Position numbers and translations under genes: made by a program. From Escherichia phage UoN_LG358_1: a stretch of DNA of 64,000 bases. The notes below the pieces were generated by a model that did no database searches, was not told where the DNA came from, and was given only the letters and a program-made list of their open reading frames with translations. How positions within the stretch are numbered: the stretch's first letter is position 1; every line of letters begins with the position of its first letter. Of the stretch, positions 11,733-21,238 are shown one piece after another. The stretch lies in the sequence record OK570374, one strand, 5' to 3'.

Positions 11733-13016
11733 ATGGCAAAGATTAACGAATTACTGCGCGAGTCAACTACAACTTCTAGCAGCTCTTTAGCTCGTCCTAA
11801 TTTGGTTGCTTTGACCCGTGCTACCACTAAATTAATTTACAGCGATATTATCGCAGAACAACGTACCAATCAACCTGTAGCGGCTCTTTATGGAGTAAAA
11901 TATCTAACTCCAGATAATGAGTTTAGTTTTCAAACTGGTGCTACTTATGGCGGACAAATCAGTGAAAAAGACCGTGAAACTATTCCAGAATTAACTAGTA
12001 AAACTCAAACACTTGCGGTTGGTGATTATTTTAAATATCAAAATGTTGTGTATAAAGCTTTACAAGCTAATCCGTTAGCATCTACAAGCGCAACAGATTT
12101 ATCAGACGCACTGCAAGAAGGATTAATTTCTCTTACTTGCCGTTTAGTTCCAGACGCTGCTAATACTGAAAAATTTGAAGATACCGACGTTGAAATTAGT
12201 AGTGCTGTATTTGAAGTAAATAAATGGAATGCTCCTGTTAAAACTCGTAAATTGAAAACCTCGTTGACTGTCGAACTTGCGCAGGATATGGAGTCAAACG
12301 GGTTCGATTCTCCAGCATTTTTAGAAGATTTATTGGCTACAGTTATGGCTGATGAAATTAATAAAGATGTTCTTCAGTCACTGATTACGGTGTCTAAGCG
12401 GTACAAAGTTACAGGTGTTTCTGATAATGGTATTGTAGACTTGAGTTACGCAAATGCCCCGGAAGCTTCACGCAAACTGTATGAAATTGTGTGTGAAATG
12501 AATTCAGAAATTCAGAAAACAACTTCTTATTCGGGTACTTACGTAGTAGCTTCTTCTAGAGCAGCCGCATTGCTGGCAGGTTCAGGCTGGTTAAAACATC
12601 GTCCAGAAGATGATGAATGGTTGCCTTCTACCGCGTATGGATATCTGTTAAATGGGCTTCCTGTATTCTGCGATGTAAATAGTCCTCTGGATTATGTGAC
12701 GGTAGGCGTTAAAGAAAACTACGGTGGAAAAGAAGTAGTTGGTTCTATTTTTTACGCTCCATACACAGAAGGATTAGACCTAGATGACCCGGACCATATC
12801 GGTGCATATAAGGTAATTGTTGACCCAGATAGTTTGCAACCATCAATTTCATTGATGATACGTTATGCTTTGTCTGCTAACCCGTATACAGTAGCTAAAG
12901 ATGAGAAAGAAGCTCGCATCATAGATGCTACTGACATGGATAAAATGGCTGGACAAAGTGATATGTCATATTTGGTTGGGGTTAAACTGCCTAAAATAAT
13001 TTATGAGGCGCCTTAA
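11733..13016 (+). CDS. 24: capsid vertex protein
   Basis: 427 aa; N-terminus MAKINELLRESTTT.. matches remembered T4 gp24; TATAAATA at 11700..11707. Confidence 0.9.
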   Translation: MAKINELLRESTTTSSSSLARPNLVALTRATTKLIYSDIIAEQRTNQPVAALYGVKYLTPDNEFSFQTGATYGGQISEKDRETIPELTSKTQTLAVGDYFKYQNVVYKALQANPLASTSATDLSDALQEGLISLTCRLVPDAANTEKFEDTDVEISSAVFEVNKWNAPVKTRKLKTSLTVELAQDMESNGFDSPAFLEDLLATVMADEINKDVLQSLITVSKRYKVTGVSDNGIVDLSYANAPEASRKLYEIVCEMNSEIQKTTSYSGTYVVASSRAAALLAGSGWLKHRPEDDEWLPSTAYGYLLNGLPVFCDVNSPLDYVTVGVKENYGGKEVVGSIFYAPYTEGLDLDDPDHIGAYKVIVDPDSLQPSISLMIRYALSANPYTVAKDEKEARIIDATDMDKMAGQSDMSYLVGVKLPKIIYEAP

Positions 13017-14296
13017 TGCAAAAAATAGATAATTTAATTAGAGAATCTACTGTCTCATCGGCCAACTCGCTTGGCCGTCCTAATTTATTGTCATATACAA
13101 AAGCTACAAATAAGCGTATTTTCAAATCTCTCGTTGCTGAACAGAAAACTAATCAGCCGATTGCTGCGTTATATGGAATACGCGTTCTTAATCCAGTTGA
13201 TAAAATGACATATTTAGGCGGCGCTACTTATGCTGGTCAAATTGGTTTGTCTGAACGCGAATCACTACCTTTAGCTTCTACTCCATCCCAATCTTTTAAT
13301 AAAGGTGAGATGTTTTTATTTGAAGATGTTGTTTTTAAAGCGTTAGAAGATAATCCATTCGCTGGAACAGCTGAGACTGATATGAGAGAAGTTATTTCAG
13401 AAGCTATCGCTGCTGGACATATCAGAATGGTATCTGATGCCGCTAACACAAACAAGTTTGAAAATGGTCACCCAGAAATTGCCGAAGCTGGATTTCGTAT
13501 TGATAAATGGCAAACTGAAGTTAAATCCCGTAAATTGAAAACCTCAATAACTGTTGAGTTAGCACAGGATTTAGAGTCTAATGGTTTTGACGCTCCAAAT
13601 TTTATCGAAGATGTTTTAGCAGTACAAATGGCTGAAGAAATTAATAAAGATGTTCTTCAGTCATTGATTACAGTGTCCAGCCGGTTTAAAGTACAAGGTA
13701 TATCGGAAAAAGGTGTTTTAAATTTAACCGATCCTAAATACGATAATGCTCAAGACCGCGCGCGTACTCTTTATTATTATATGTGCGAAATGAATTCCGC
13801 AGTTCAGAGACAAACATCATTTTCTGGTACATACGCAGTAGCTTCATCTCGATGTGCCGCGATTTTAGCTGCATCCGGTTGGGTTGAAAAATCAGAAGAC
13901 CAAGATGAGTTAGCATATGGTGTATTAAAAAATGGTTTGCCACTCTATGCTGATGTAAACAGCCCATGTGATTACGTTATTGTCGGTGTAAATGCTGATT
14001 TAGGTGAAGGACAGACGGTTGCATCACTGTATTATGCTCCGTATGTTGAGGGGCTAGATGATGTTGATGAAGAAGGTGATACTTCTGTTGGCGAGTTCAA
14101 AGTAATTGTTGACCCAGATAGTTTACAGCCTACTATTGCTCTTTTAGCTCGGTATGCATTAACTGCTAATCCATATACAGTAGCTAAAGATGAGAAAGAG
14201 GCACGAGTTATTGATGGTGCTGACATGGATAAAATGGCTAATCAAAGCCAATTAAGTTCTTATCTTGGCGTTAAGTTACCACCGCTTGAGAAATAA
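13016..14296 (+). CDS. second gp24-like vertex protein paralog
   Basis: 426 aa; colinear similarity to the preceding ORF (LIRESTVSS..GRPNL, VKSRKLKTSITVELAQDLESNGFDAPNF, ANPYTVAKDEKEAR); TAATG start/stop overlap. Confidence 0.8.
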   Translation: MQKIDNLIRESTVSSANSLGRPNLLSYTKATNKRIFKSLVAEQKTNQPIAALYGIRVLNPVDKMTYLGGATYAGQIGLSERESLPLASTPSQSFNKGEMFLFEDVVFKALEDNPFAGTAETDMREVISEAIAAGHIRMVSDAANTNKFENGHPEIAEAGFRIDKWQTEVKSRKLKTSITVELAQDLESNGFDAPNFIEDVLAVQMAEEINKDVLQSLITVSSRFKVQGISEKGVLNLTDPKYDNAQDRARTLYYYMCEMNSAVQRQTSFSGTYAVASSRCAAILAASGWVEKSEDQDELAYGVLKNGLPLYADVNSPCDYVIVGVNADLGEGQTVASLYYAPYVEGLDDVDEEGDTSVGEFKVIVDPDSLQPTIALLARYALTANPYTVAKDEKEARVIDGADMDKMANQSQLSSYLGVKLPPLEK

Positions 14297-14317
14297 GAAA
14301 AAAGGGCCTTCGGGCCC
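14297..14317. terminator. bidirectional hairpin terminator between the second gene 24 copy and the minus-strand block
   Basis: GGGCC-ttcg-GGCCC with an A-run on the plus side (U-run for minus transcripts). Confidence 0.6.
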
Positions 14318-14881
14318 TTATAAACTAAATATATCAAACTTCGGAGCATACTGTTCTTGTAGCTCTTCGAAAACTTTCTTATCATTCAAATTTGTACAAG
14401 GTATTCCGTGTTGTCTTGCAATACGAGTAGCTATACGAGTTCCACCCTGTTCTTCCCCATTTCTTACTGGACACCAATAATAAACGCGGTCAACCGGTGA
14501 CATACAATCTTCTCCCAAAACTTGCATCGCATTTCGACAGAACAATGTCTTTATAATATCTCGTTCAGAATCCAGCCCTGGATAAGCTTGCTTAGCTTTG
14601 ACGTAACTCTTTATACGAGATTCATTACTTAAATCAGACCAGCAAACCACACCAATACCGGTGTGGCAATGATTAAACCCATCATAAGGAATAATCCTAA
14701 GCGAAAGATGTCTATCATATCTGCTCAACCAAGCTTCGTCTGAGCCTGGAGCTCCACCAGAATAAGAGAAATGACCAGCCTCCGAAAAGGCCAATCCCAT
14801 TAAACTCATTAAGTCAAGATACTTTCTTGGTGCTTCTCTTGACCCGATTAATGCTAATCTTAACTTACGATTTCTAGCCAT
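14318..14881 (-). CDS. DprA/Smf-like (SLOG-type) Rossmann-fold protein, function unknown
   Basis: 187 aa; [10 protein letters not shown] .. [11 protein letters not shown] resembles the DprA/SLOG glycine-rich nucleotide-binding pattern; start overlaps rnlB stop by 22 nt. Confidence 0.45.
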   Translation of the reverse strand: MARNRKLRLALIGSREAPRKYLDLMSLMGLAFSEAGHFSYSGGAPGSDEAWLSRYDRHLSLRIIPYDGFNHCHTGIGVVCWSDLSNESRIKSYVKAKQAYPGLDSERDIIKTLFCRNAMQVLGEDCMSPVDRVYYWCPVRNGEEQGGTRIATRIARQHGIPCTNLNDKKVFEELQEQYAPKFDIFSL

Positions 14882-15867
14882 TTTTCTCTGATAGTATTAC
14901 TCACAACAGTCTGAAGTTCTCGTTTTACGAGGTCCGGATTATCAGCATGAACAATATCAACACCTTCTCGTTTAGCTTCAATAAAGATATCCTGTATTGT
15001 CAGACCCATAACCTTACCGAAGTCTTTAGCTTTAACTTCGCCAATATGACTAATCACGTTAGATACACGGTTCCACGTAGAGTATTCACAGAGGTTCGCC
15101 AGAACGGTCGAGTCGTTACTAGTTAATACAGCTTTAGGTTTAATTGGCTTATCAGATTTTTTCTTCTCAGTGAATCTGGAGTTCTTAGATTTAATTGCAA
15201 TGCGGGTGCCATTATTAAAGAAATCAGGATAAACTGGTTTTAGTACGTAACCTTCAGCAACATTATCATCTGTCACTAATGGGTCAAATACACACAAATT
15301 GACTTCTTTCAAATCATCTTTTGCTGCTTCGTTATAAGCTTTGATTACAGATGTAAAATTATTTGGTAATTGAATAAGTTCATCAAAAGAACCACATCCA
15401 ATAAATGGAGCCATTTTAAATCCGAATTCGTTACAGAACGAAGTCATCATCATATCGTCCATATAAAGAACATTACCATTTTGAGTATTTACTAGAATGT
15501 CAAATACATAAAAGTCTTTTTCACCATAATCAACTTCTTTCTGAATTCCTTGACCCGCGAACTCACCAAAAATTTGATAAGAACTTACTGAACCAAGTTC
15601 ATTCGCATTCATGCATCGTTGAATAGTTTTAATAGACTCGTCATAATTCTTCAATATAATTTCGTGGCCATAGAATGATTCACTAGGAAGAATGGGACCA
15701 CTGCGCTTGCACGCAGAAACTGAGTCTTTGGATACGATGATTGAGAAATTAGTGCCATGAATTTTTTCACGAGCTACCCACAGACCACCATCTTTACCTT
15801 CAAACCGAATTTTAGAAATAAATTTATTGTTGTAGTGGTTTTCAAGAGAGGAGTACTTCTTAAACAT
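14860..15867 (-). CDS. rnlB: RNA ligase 2
   Basis: 335 aa; N-terminus [13 protein letters not shown] and KIHGTN adenylylation motif match remembered T4 Rnl2. Confidence 0.9.
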   Translation of the reverse strand: MFKKYSSLENHYNNKFISKIRFEGKDGGLWVAREKIHGTNFSIIVSKDSVSACKRSGPILPSESFYGHEIILKNYDESIKTIQRCMNANELGSVSSYQIFGEFAGQGIQKEVDYGEKDFYVFDILVNTQNGNVLYMDDMMMTSFCNEFGFKMAPFIGCGSFDELIQLPNNFTSVIKAYNEAAKDDLKEVNLCVFDPLVTDDNVAEGYVLKPVYPDFFNNGTRIAIKSKNSRFTEKKKSDKPIKPKAVLTSNDSTVLANLCEYSTWNRVSNVISHIGEVKAKDFGKVMGLTIQDIFIEAKREGVDIVHADNPDLVKRELQTVVSNTIREKWLEIVS

Positions 15868-15982
15868 TTTTTCACCATTATAAATAGATTAAATAGAGAA
15901 CTTCTATTCTTTTCCGGCAGAGTGTAATGGTTACTAGATATTATCCTTGAAACCATTATACACCATAAATTCTTAAAGCATT

Positions 15983-16228
15983 TTACCACGTAATCATAAT
16001 ATACGTGCCGGAAATTTGGCATTGGTTCCAGTATGCCGTAAATCCTTCATCTTTTAACCATGACATGATATTTCCTTTGAAATTAGTTTCTTTTGGGTAG
16101 AAAACCAGTTGAGTCTTCCCATTTTTGGCAGCATTATTAATTGATTCTTCAATTAGTTCTTTTTGCTTAACAAATCCTTCATTGTTATAAGAATCTGCTA
16201 AGTTACGGTATTTTTCTGATAATAACAT
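15983..16228 (-). CDS. hypothetical protein
   Basis: 81-aa ORF in the rnlB-hoc interval, same strand as neighbours. Confidence 0.45.
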   Translation of the reverse strand: MLLSEKYRNLADSYNNEGFVKQKELIEESINNAAKNGKTQLVFYPKETNFKGNIMSWLKDEGFTAYWNQCQISGTYIMITW

Positions 16229-16585
16229 TTAGACCTCGCTTGGAATAATACGAATATCGATGAAACTAAAATCTTTTGATTGTCGTAATTCAATCTGATT
16301 TTTATCACCAACTTCAATAACCACTATTTCATTTAATTCGATTTCAGCGATATTAAAAGCAAATCGGTTTTTAATTATGTTATAAAGTATCACAAGATAA
16401 TGTTCATTGTAAAACGAACTACTATCTCCAAAAGAATACGATAATTTTTTCATAAAATCTTTGATTGAACACCATTTGTTCACACCAAGCGATGCTGGAG
16501 CAAACAAATTTTCATACAGCATATAATCAATGATGTCAGTAACAACTAGTTCCGAGTCTATCAGCACTTGAGTTAAGTTTTTCAT
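16229..16585 (-). CDS. hypothetical protein
   Basis: 118-aa ORF; 4-nt overlap with the upstream ORF. Confidence 0.45.
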   Translation of the reverse strand: MKNLTQVLIDSELVVTDIIDYMLYENLFAPASLGVNKWCSIKDFMKKLSYSFGDSSSFYNEHYLVILYNIIKNRFAFNIAEIELNEIVVIEVGDKNQIELRQSKDFSFIDIRIIPSEV

Positions 16586-16824
16586 ACTATTCCTCTCATT
16601 TTATTAACAAGTTTCTTACGACGAATATTAACATCAATATTTGATAAGTGTTTACGATAAACAATCTTCTCTTTGTTTTTCGCTTTATCTCTTGCGGCCT
16701 CAACTTTAGTAAACATCAAAGCCGCATCAAAAGCACTTATTCCACCTATCATTTTAGCAATATCTTTAAATGACTTGCCGTTTTCATGCATCATGTGCAC
16801 TTTAATTTCTGTTTTCATAATCAT
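16582..16824 (-). CDS. hypothetical small basic protein
   Basis: 80-aa ORF; K/R-rich C-terminus. Confidence 0.45.
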   Translation of the reverse strand: MIMKTEIKVHMMHENGKSFKDIAKMIGGISAFDAALMFTKVEAARDKAKNKEKIVYRKHLSNIDVNIRRKKLVNKMRGIV

Positions 16825-16868
16825 CTCTTCGTTGGAATTGAATTCATTGTAATCATACTTTAGAAAAG

Positions 16869-16889
16869 CAAAAAGGGCCGCAAGGGCCC
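16869..16889 (-). terminator. terminator downstream of hoc
   Basis: GGGCC-gcaag-GGCCC; minus-strand U-run from the plus A-run. Confidence 0.6.
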
Positions 16890-16895
16890 TTCATG

Positions 16896-17990
16896 TTATG
16901 GATAAATAATACCAGCTTCTAAAGCAGAACGATGCACAATATATCCATTTCTAGATTCCTGAACATCAACTTCTGGATAATCATTAAGCATTTTTGCTAA
17001 TACCGCAAGATGACAATAATATGGTGTATCAGCTTCGGTAGCTGTTTTCCAATCTTTACCTTCTTCAGTGAGCTTCTGGATGGCATCCATAACCCACCAG
17101 CCAACCCAAATATAAGCTGAATGACGTTGTGGAAGAGGATGAACATAAATCAGTGGGCATTCTTCCGGAACAACAGGTTCTGCTGCTTCAACAGTAACAG
17201 ACACATTACCGGTTTTAACTGAATCTGTAAATCCAGATTGTGACACAGTAACTTCACAAGCATATGTCTTCAAGCCTTCAGTAGATTCAGATACTACTCT
17301 TGTGGCTTCTGTCGAGTTGTCATCCCATTTATACGCAAGAGTAGCACCAGGAATAGCAGGGTTTATAGAAGCTGTCAAATTGAACGGAACATCAACTGTT
17401 GCAGTAGACGGGCTCGAAATGTCAACAGTGAACTCAGGGAACGTATTATTTTCAACAGTAATAACTACCGCGTCTGGCGTTATAGTTTGATTGTTATAAT
17501 CCGTTGCAGAAACGGTAATTAAACAAGTCAAAGAAACAGGTCCCGCGACAGTAGCAGTACGAGTAATATCTTTAGTAGTTTCACCAGTAGACCACAAATA
17601 ATCAAATGTTGCACCACTTGGGGCACCTTCAACATTTGCAGAGGCTTTATATTCCTGTCCAACTTTAACCGTTGGAGTAGAAGTTGATAATGTACCGGTT
17701 GCAGTCATAGTTTTATTATTGACTGTAATGGTAGTTTGAGCTTCTGCTGTTTCAGGTTCTCCTTCTGCCGGGGTTGTGGTCGCCACAACCTTAACTACTT
17801 TCGAACCCGCCGGACTAGCCGCGATGTAATCCATGGTAGCAATAACAGAACTCTGTGGAACCCCATCAACGGTCCATACAAATGATTCTGTGCCCTCAAC
17901 TGTAGCACCCGCAGCGGTAGCAGTAAATTTAGTTGTTGCTCCTACGACAGCTGTAGGCGTTAAAGGGGCAATTGTTACGGTAAATGCCAT
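16896..17990 (-). CDS. hoc: outer capsid decoration protein Hoc (Ig-like domains)
   Basis: 364 aa; N-terminus MAFTVTIAPLTPTAV and C-terminus YVHPLPQRHSAYIWVGWWVMDAIQKLTEEGKDWK match remembered T4 Hoc; T/S/V-rich repeats. Confidence 0.85.
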   Translation of the reverse strand: MAFTVTIAPLTPTAVVGATTKFTATAAGATVEGTESFVWTVDGVPQSSVIATMDYIAASPAGSKVVKVVATTTPAEGEPETAEAQTTITVNNKTMTATGTLSTSTPTVKVGQEYKASANVEGAPSGATFDYLWSTGETTKDITRTATVAGPVSLTCLITVSATDYNNQTITPDAVVITVENNTFPEFTVDISSPSTATVDVPFNLTASINPAIPGATLAYKWDDNSTEATRVVSESTEGLKTYACEVTVSQSGFTDSVKTGNVSVTVEAAEPVVPEECPLIYVHPLPQRHSAYIWVGWWVMDAIQKLTEEGKDWKTATEADTPYYCHLAVLAKMLNDYPEVDVQESRNGYIVHRSALEAGIIYP

Positions 17991-18025
17991 ATTTCCTCCA
18001 AGGGGCTTTCACCCCTTTGTTATTT

Positions 18026-18676
18026 TTAATATAAACGTATAAAAGATGAGTTGCGAGTTTCGCGAACAAGAATAAATCCGTCACGATTTATATAATAAAT
18101 CAAACTTAAAAGTGTTTGATGCGCCGTAGCATGTGGAAAAGACAATGGTCTTTCTTTCCAGTCAGGATTTTCAGAAATCCATTGGTAAATCCACCAAGGT
18201 AAAGTATAATAACCTGGATTTTTACCCATCAGTTGAAAATGTGGATTAAACGATTCAGGAAGAGAAAAGCTTTTATTTTCAACAACCGCCGTATCATTAA
18301 TAATCTTCATGATTTCGACAGCAGAGACAGTTTCTGGAATTTCTTTGGTTGTCACTTCTAAAACATTAATAATGTCTTCAGTCGGAGAATCAATAATAAG
18401 CTCTTTGACTTCTACTTTATCTTCGGGTTGAACCAAATCTTTTTGTTCTTCTTTATCAATATCAATTAAGTCAGAAATTGATATTCCTTCGTTTTCTTCG
18501 GGCAGAGGTTCATCCGCCAAATTCTCGTATTCAGTTTGAAGGTCAATAAGCATATTTTCAAATGACTTAGTTTTCTTCAATTTAATACCGAATTGCATTG
18601 CATACTCATCGAGCTTATCTTTAGCTTCTTTCTTTTCAAGTACACGGATTTCTTCTATATAATTCATGTCTAGCAT
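18026..18676 (-). CDS. inh: inh-like protein (putative prohead protease inhibitor)
   Basis: 216 aa at the position of T4 inh between hoc and uvsW; acidic central region; assigned by position and size only. Confidence 0.5.
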   Translation of the reverse strand: MLDMNYIEEIRVLEKKEAKDKLDEYAMQFGIKLKKTKSFENMLIDLQTEYENLADEPLPEENEGISISDLIDIDKEEQKDLVQPEDKVEVKELIIDSPTEDIINVLEVTTKEIPETVSAVEIMKIINDTAVVENKSFSLPESFNPHFQLMGKNPGYYTLPWWIYQWISENPDWKERPLSFPHATAHQTLLSLIYYINRDGFILVRETRNSSFIRLY

Positions 18677-18693
18677 AGTCTTGCCTCTCGTTG

Positions 18694-18701
18694 TATAAAT
18701 A
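18694..18701 (+). promoter_or_regulatory. late promoter box for uvsW
   Basis: TATAAATA 30 nt upstream of the ATG at 18731. Confidence 0.65.
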
Positions 18702-18707
18702 TACTTG

Positions 18708-18715
18708 TATTTATA
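18708..18715 (-). promoter_or_regulatory. late promoter box for inh-like gene
   Basis: TATTTATA on plus = TATAAATA on minus, upstream of the minus-strand ATG at 18676. Confidence 0.55.
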
Positions 18716-18730
18716 ACTAAGGATTTCAAG

Positions 18731-20233
18731 ATGTCAGACATCCAAGTAAATTTTCATGATTTTAGTCATGTTCGTATCGATTGCGAAGAATCGATATTTC
18801 ACGAATTAAGAGACTATTTTAGTTTTGAAGCAGACGGATATAAATTTAATCCACGCTATCGCTATGGTAACTGGGATGGCAGAATTCGTCTTTTAGATTA
18901 CAATCGTCTTTTACCTTTCGGTTTAGTTGGTCAAATTAAAAAGTTTTGTGATAACTTCGGATACAAATTTTGGATTGACCCTAAGATTTTTGAAAAAGAA
19001 GACTTGTCCCGTAAGGACTTTGATGAATGGTTAGGGAAGCTCCAGATATACTCTGGGAACACCAAAATTGAACCACATTGGTATCAAAAGGATGCTGTAT
19101 ACGAAGGGATAGTGAACCGCAGGCGTATTCTAAATTTACCCACCTCCGCCGGTAAATCTCTAATTCAGTGTCTGTTAGCCCGGTACTATATAGAAAATTA
19201 CGAAGGTAAAATTCTCATTATCGTCCCGACTACAGCCCTTGTTGACCAGATGCAAAACGATTTTTGTGATTATCGTTTATTCAGTAAACAACATATACTC
19301 GGTATCCGTTCAGGAACAAAACGTGATTCCGACGCTATAATTTATGTGGCAACTTGGCAGACTGCAATAAAGCAGCCAAAAGAGTGGTTCAATCAGTTTG
19401 GTTTGATGATGAATGACGAGTGCCATTTATCTACGGGAAAATCGATAGCTTCTATCGTATCAGGTCTTAATAATTGCATGTTCAAATTCGGTCTTTCTGG
19501 TTCTCTGAAAGATGGTAAAGCTAATATCATGCAGTATGTTGGAATGTTCGGTGAAATTTTTAAACCAGTTTCAACTGCTAAATTAATGGAAGACGGTCAA
19601 GTAACAGAGCTTAAAATTAATTCTATCTTCTTGCGTTACCCAGATGAAGCTACAGTTAAGATGAAAGGTAAAACATATCAAGAAGAAGTTAAAGCTGTCA
19701 CTGGATTTAAAAGAAGAAATAAATGGGTAGCGGCTCTAGCCAAACGATTAGCTGATAAAGGCGAAAATGCTTTTGTTATGTTTAAATTTACTGCTCACGG
19801 TAAAGAGCTTTATCAAATGATTAAAGACCTTGGACATGAAAAAGTTTATTATGTTTCAGGCGAAGTGTCAACAGAAACTCGTAATGCTCTCAAAGAAATG
19901 GCGGAAAACGGTAAAGGAATTATTATTGTAGCTTCTTACGGAGTATTCTCTACCGGTATTTCTGTTAAGAACCTTCATCACGTTATTTTTGCTCATGGTG
20001 TAAAATCTAAAATTACTGTATTGCAATCAATTGGCCGAGTTCTACGTAAGCATGCGTCAAAAAGCTTAGCTACTGTTTGGGATTTAATTGACGATTTAGG
20101 TGTTAAACCGAAGTCAGCCAACACAAAGAAAAAATATGTTCATATTAATTATTTGCTGAAGCATGGTTTAGAGCGTATTCAACGATATGCTGATGAAAAA
20201 TTCAATTACGCTATGAAAACTATCGATCTTTGA
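18731..20233 (+). CDS. uvsW: UvsW DNA/RNA helicase
   Basis: 500 aa; Walker A PTSAGKS, DECH box; late promoter upstream. Confidence 0.9.
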   Translation: MSDIQVNFHDFSHVRIDCEESIFHELRDYFSFEADGYKFNPRYRYGNWDGRIRLLDYNRLLPFGLVGQIKKFCDNFGYKFWIDPKIFEKEDLSRKDFDEWLGKLQIYSGNTKIEPHWYQKDAVYEGIVNRRRILNLPTSAGKSLIQCLLARYYIENYEGKILIIVPTTALVDQMQNDFCDYRLFSKQHILGIRSGTKRDSDAIIYVATWQTAIKQPKEWFNQFGLMMNDECHLSTGKSIASIVSGLNNCMFKFGLSGSLKDGKANIMQYVGMFGEIFKPVSTAKLMEDGQVTELKINSIFLRYPDEATVKMKGKTYQEEVKAVTGFKRRNKWVAALAKRLADKGENAFVMFKFTAHGKELYQMIKDLGHEKVYYVSGEVSTETRNALKEMAENGKGIIIVASYGVFSTGISVKNLHHVIFAHGVKSKITVLQSIGRVLRKHASKSLATVWDLIDDLGVKPKSANTKKKYVHINYLLKHGLERIQRYADEKFNYAMKTIDL

Positions 20234-20240
20234 GGAAACT

Positions 20241-20468
20241 ATGGAATTTAAACAATTTATACGTGAAGCGAGCATTGGTTCATTTATGAATAAAATCGCT
20301 CAATGTCAAACATTAGATGGTTTAAATGAGCTAGAAGCTTATTACAAGAAAAGAATTAAAACAACTGAAATCAATGACACTGATGATATCTCTATTCGAG
20401 ACGCTTTGGCGGGAAAAAGAATGGATTTTGAATCAGATGATGAGTCTGAAGTTGAAGAAGATTTCTAA
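20241..20468 (+). CDS. uvsW.1: UvsW.1 small acidic protein
   Basis: 75 aa immediately after uvsW; acidic C-terminus. Confidence 0.65.
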   Translation: MEFKQFIREASIGSFMNKIAQCQTLDGLNELEAYYKKRIKTTEINDTDDISIRDALAGKRMDFESDDESEVEEDF

Positions 20469-20471
20469 TAC

Positions 20472-20499
20472 AAAAAAGCCCCAACCGCGAGGAAGGGGC
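20472..20499 (-). terminator. terminator downstream of the uvsY block
   Basis: GCCCC..GGGGC stem with minus-strand U-run (plus AAAAAA 20472..20477). Confidence 0.55.
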
Positions 20500-20529
20500 A
20501 AAACCAACAAGTTGGCTATCAACACTAGA

Positions 20530-20694
20530 CTAAATTAGCAATTGAGTTTCGTTTAAATGCTCTTCTGTATTTTCAGATACCGGCAATTCAACGACATAAT
20601 TATAACACGGCCCAGGATGAACAGGACCTTTATCTGTGTGAACAACCAATGCCGAATCGATCGGTTGCTTACAAACAGCGCAGATTTCAGACAT
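20530..20694 (-). CDS. small Cys-containing protein (54 aa) downstream of uvsY
   Basis: Not in ORF track; ATG preceded by AAAGGAGACAAACA and a minus-strand TATAAATA box (20724..20731); followed by hairpin terminator; contains CAVC..PGPC. Confidence 0.45.
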   Translation of the reverse strand: MSEICAVCKQPIDSALVVHTDKGPVHPGPCYNYVVELPVSENTEEHLNETQLLI

Positions 20695-20723
20695 TGTTTG
20701 TCTCCTTTAGTTAATTACATATC

Positions 20724-20731
20724 TATTTATA
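20724..20731 (-). promoter_or_regulatory. late promoter box for the 54-aa ORF
   Basis: Minus-strand TATAAATA 30 nt upstream of the ATG at 20694. Confidence 0.55.
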
Positions 20732-20734
20732 CAG

Positions 20735-21148
20735 TTATTTACCCGCCTCAAACTGTCTCATCTCAATAACATGCTTAATTCCAAAACCTCTGGATTTAAT
20801 AGCATCCATTGCTCCTGAGCAAAATTCAAGCAAAATTCCCCAGTATTGTAAACTAGTGTCAATTTTAAGAACTTCAGAATCAGCTCCCAAAACTGTTTTC
20901 ATTTCAGACTTTTCGTAACGGTCCATGCTAAAATCATCTCCATCACCACGTCCCGTGTAGTAGTCCAATTTCTTTTTAAGAGCTGATTTTTTCTGTGCTT
21001 CAATACGAAGCATTTCTTTACGAATTGATGAATGCTTATTTAACCATTTTCCATACAAAACTGGATTATTAGCAGCTTCGTATTGTAATTTAGTTGAGTC
21101 TAAGATTAAATCTTGTTTCAACTCTTCTTGTAAATCCTCGAGTTTCAA
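20735..21148 (-). CDS. uvsY: recombination mediator UvsY
   Basis: 137 aa, same as T4 UvsY; translation (M)KLEDLQEELKQD.. matches; track start is TTG. Confidence 0.85.
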   Translation of the reverse strand: MKLEDLQEELKQDLILDSTKLQYEAANNPVLYGKWLNKHSSIRKEMLRIEAQKKSALKKKLDYYTGRGDGDDFSMDRYEKSEMKTVLGADSEVLKIDTSLQYWGILLEFCSGAMDAIKSRGFGIKHVIEMRQFEAGK

Positions 21149-21238
21149 TTCATTACCTCTTTCTTGTTCATTTGTAATCTTGTTGTTATTGATTGAAAGG
21201 AATTAAGACCATTATAACCATTAATCACTGAAAGCGTA

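Noticed and set aside
15868-15982. TATAAATA-like sequence on the plus strand in the rnlB upstream region
   Set aside because: All neighbouring genes are on the minus strand, so a plus-strand late box has no target here; likely chance occurrence in AT-rich DNA.
15774-16022. 82-aa minus-strand ORF overlapping the rnlB start
   Set aside because: Overlaps the rnlB N-terminal coding region in another frame and extends into the intergenic AT-rich region; translation looks random.
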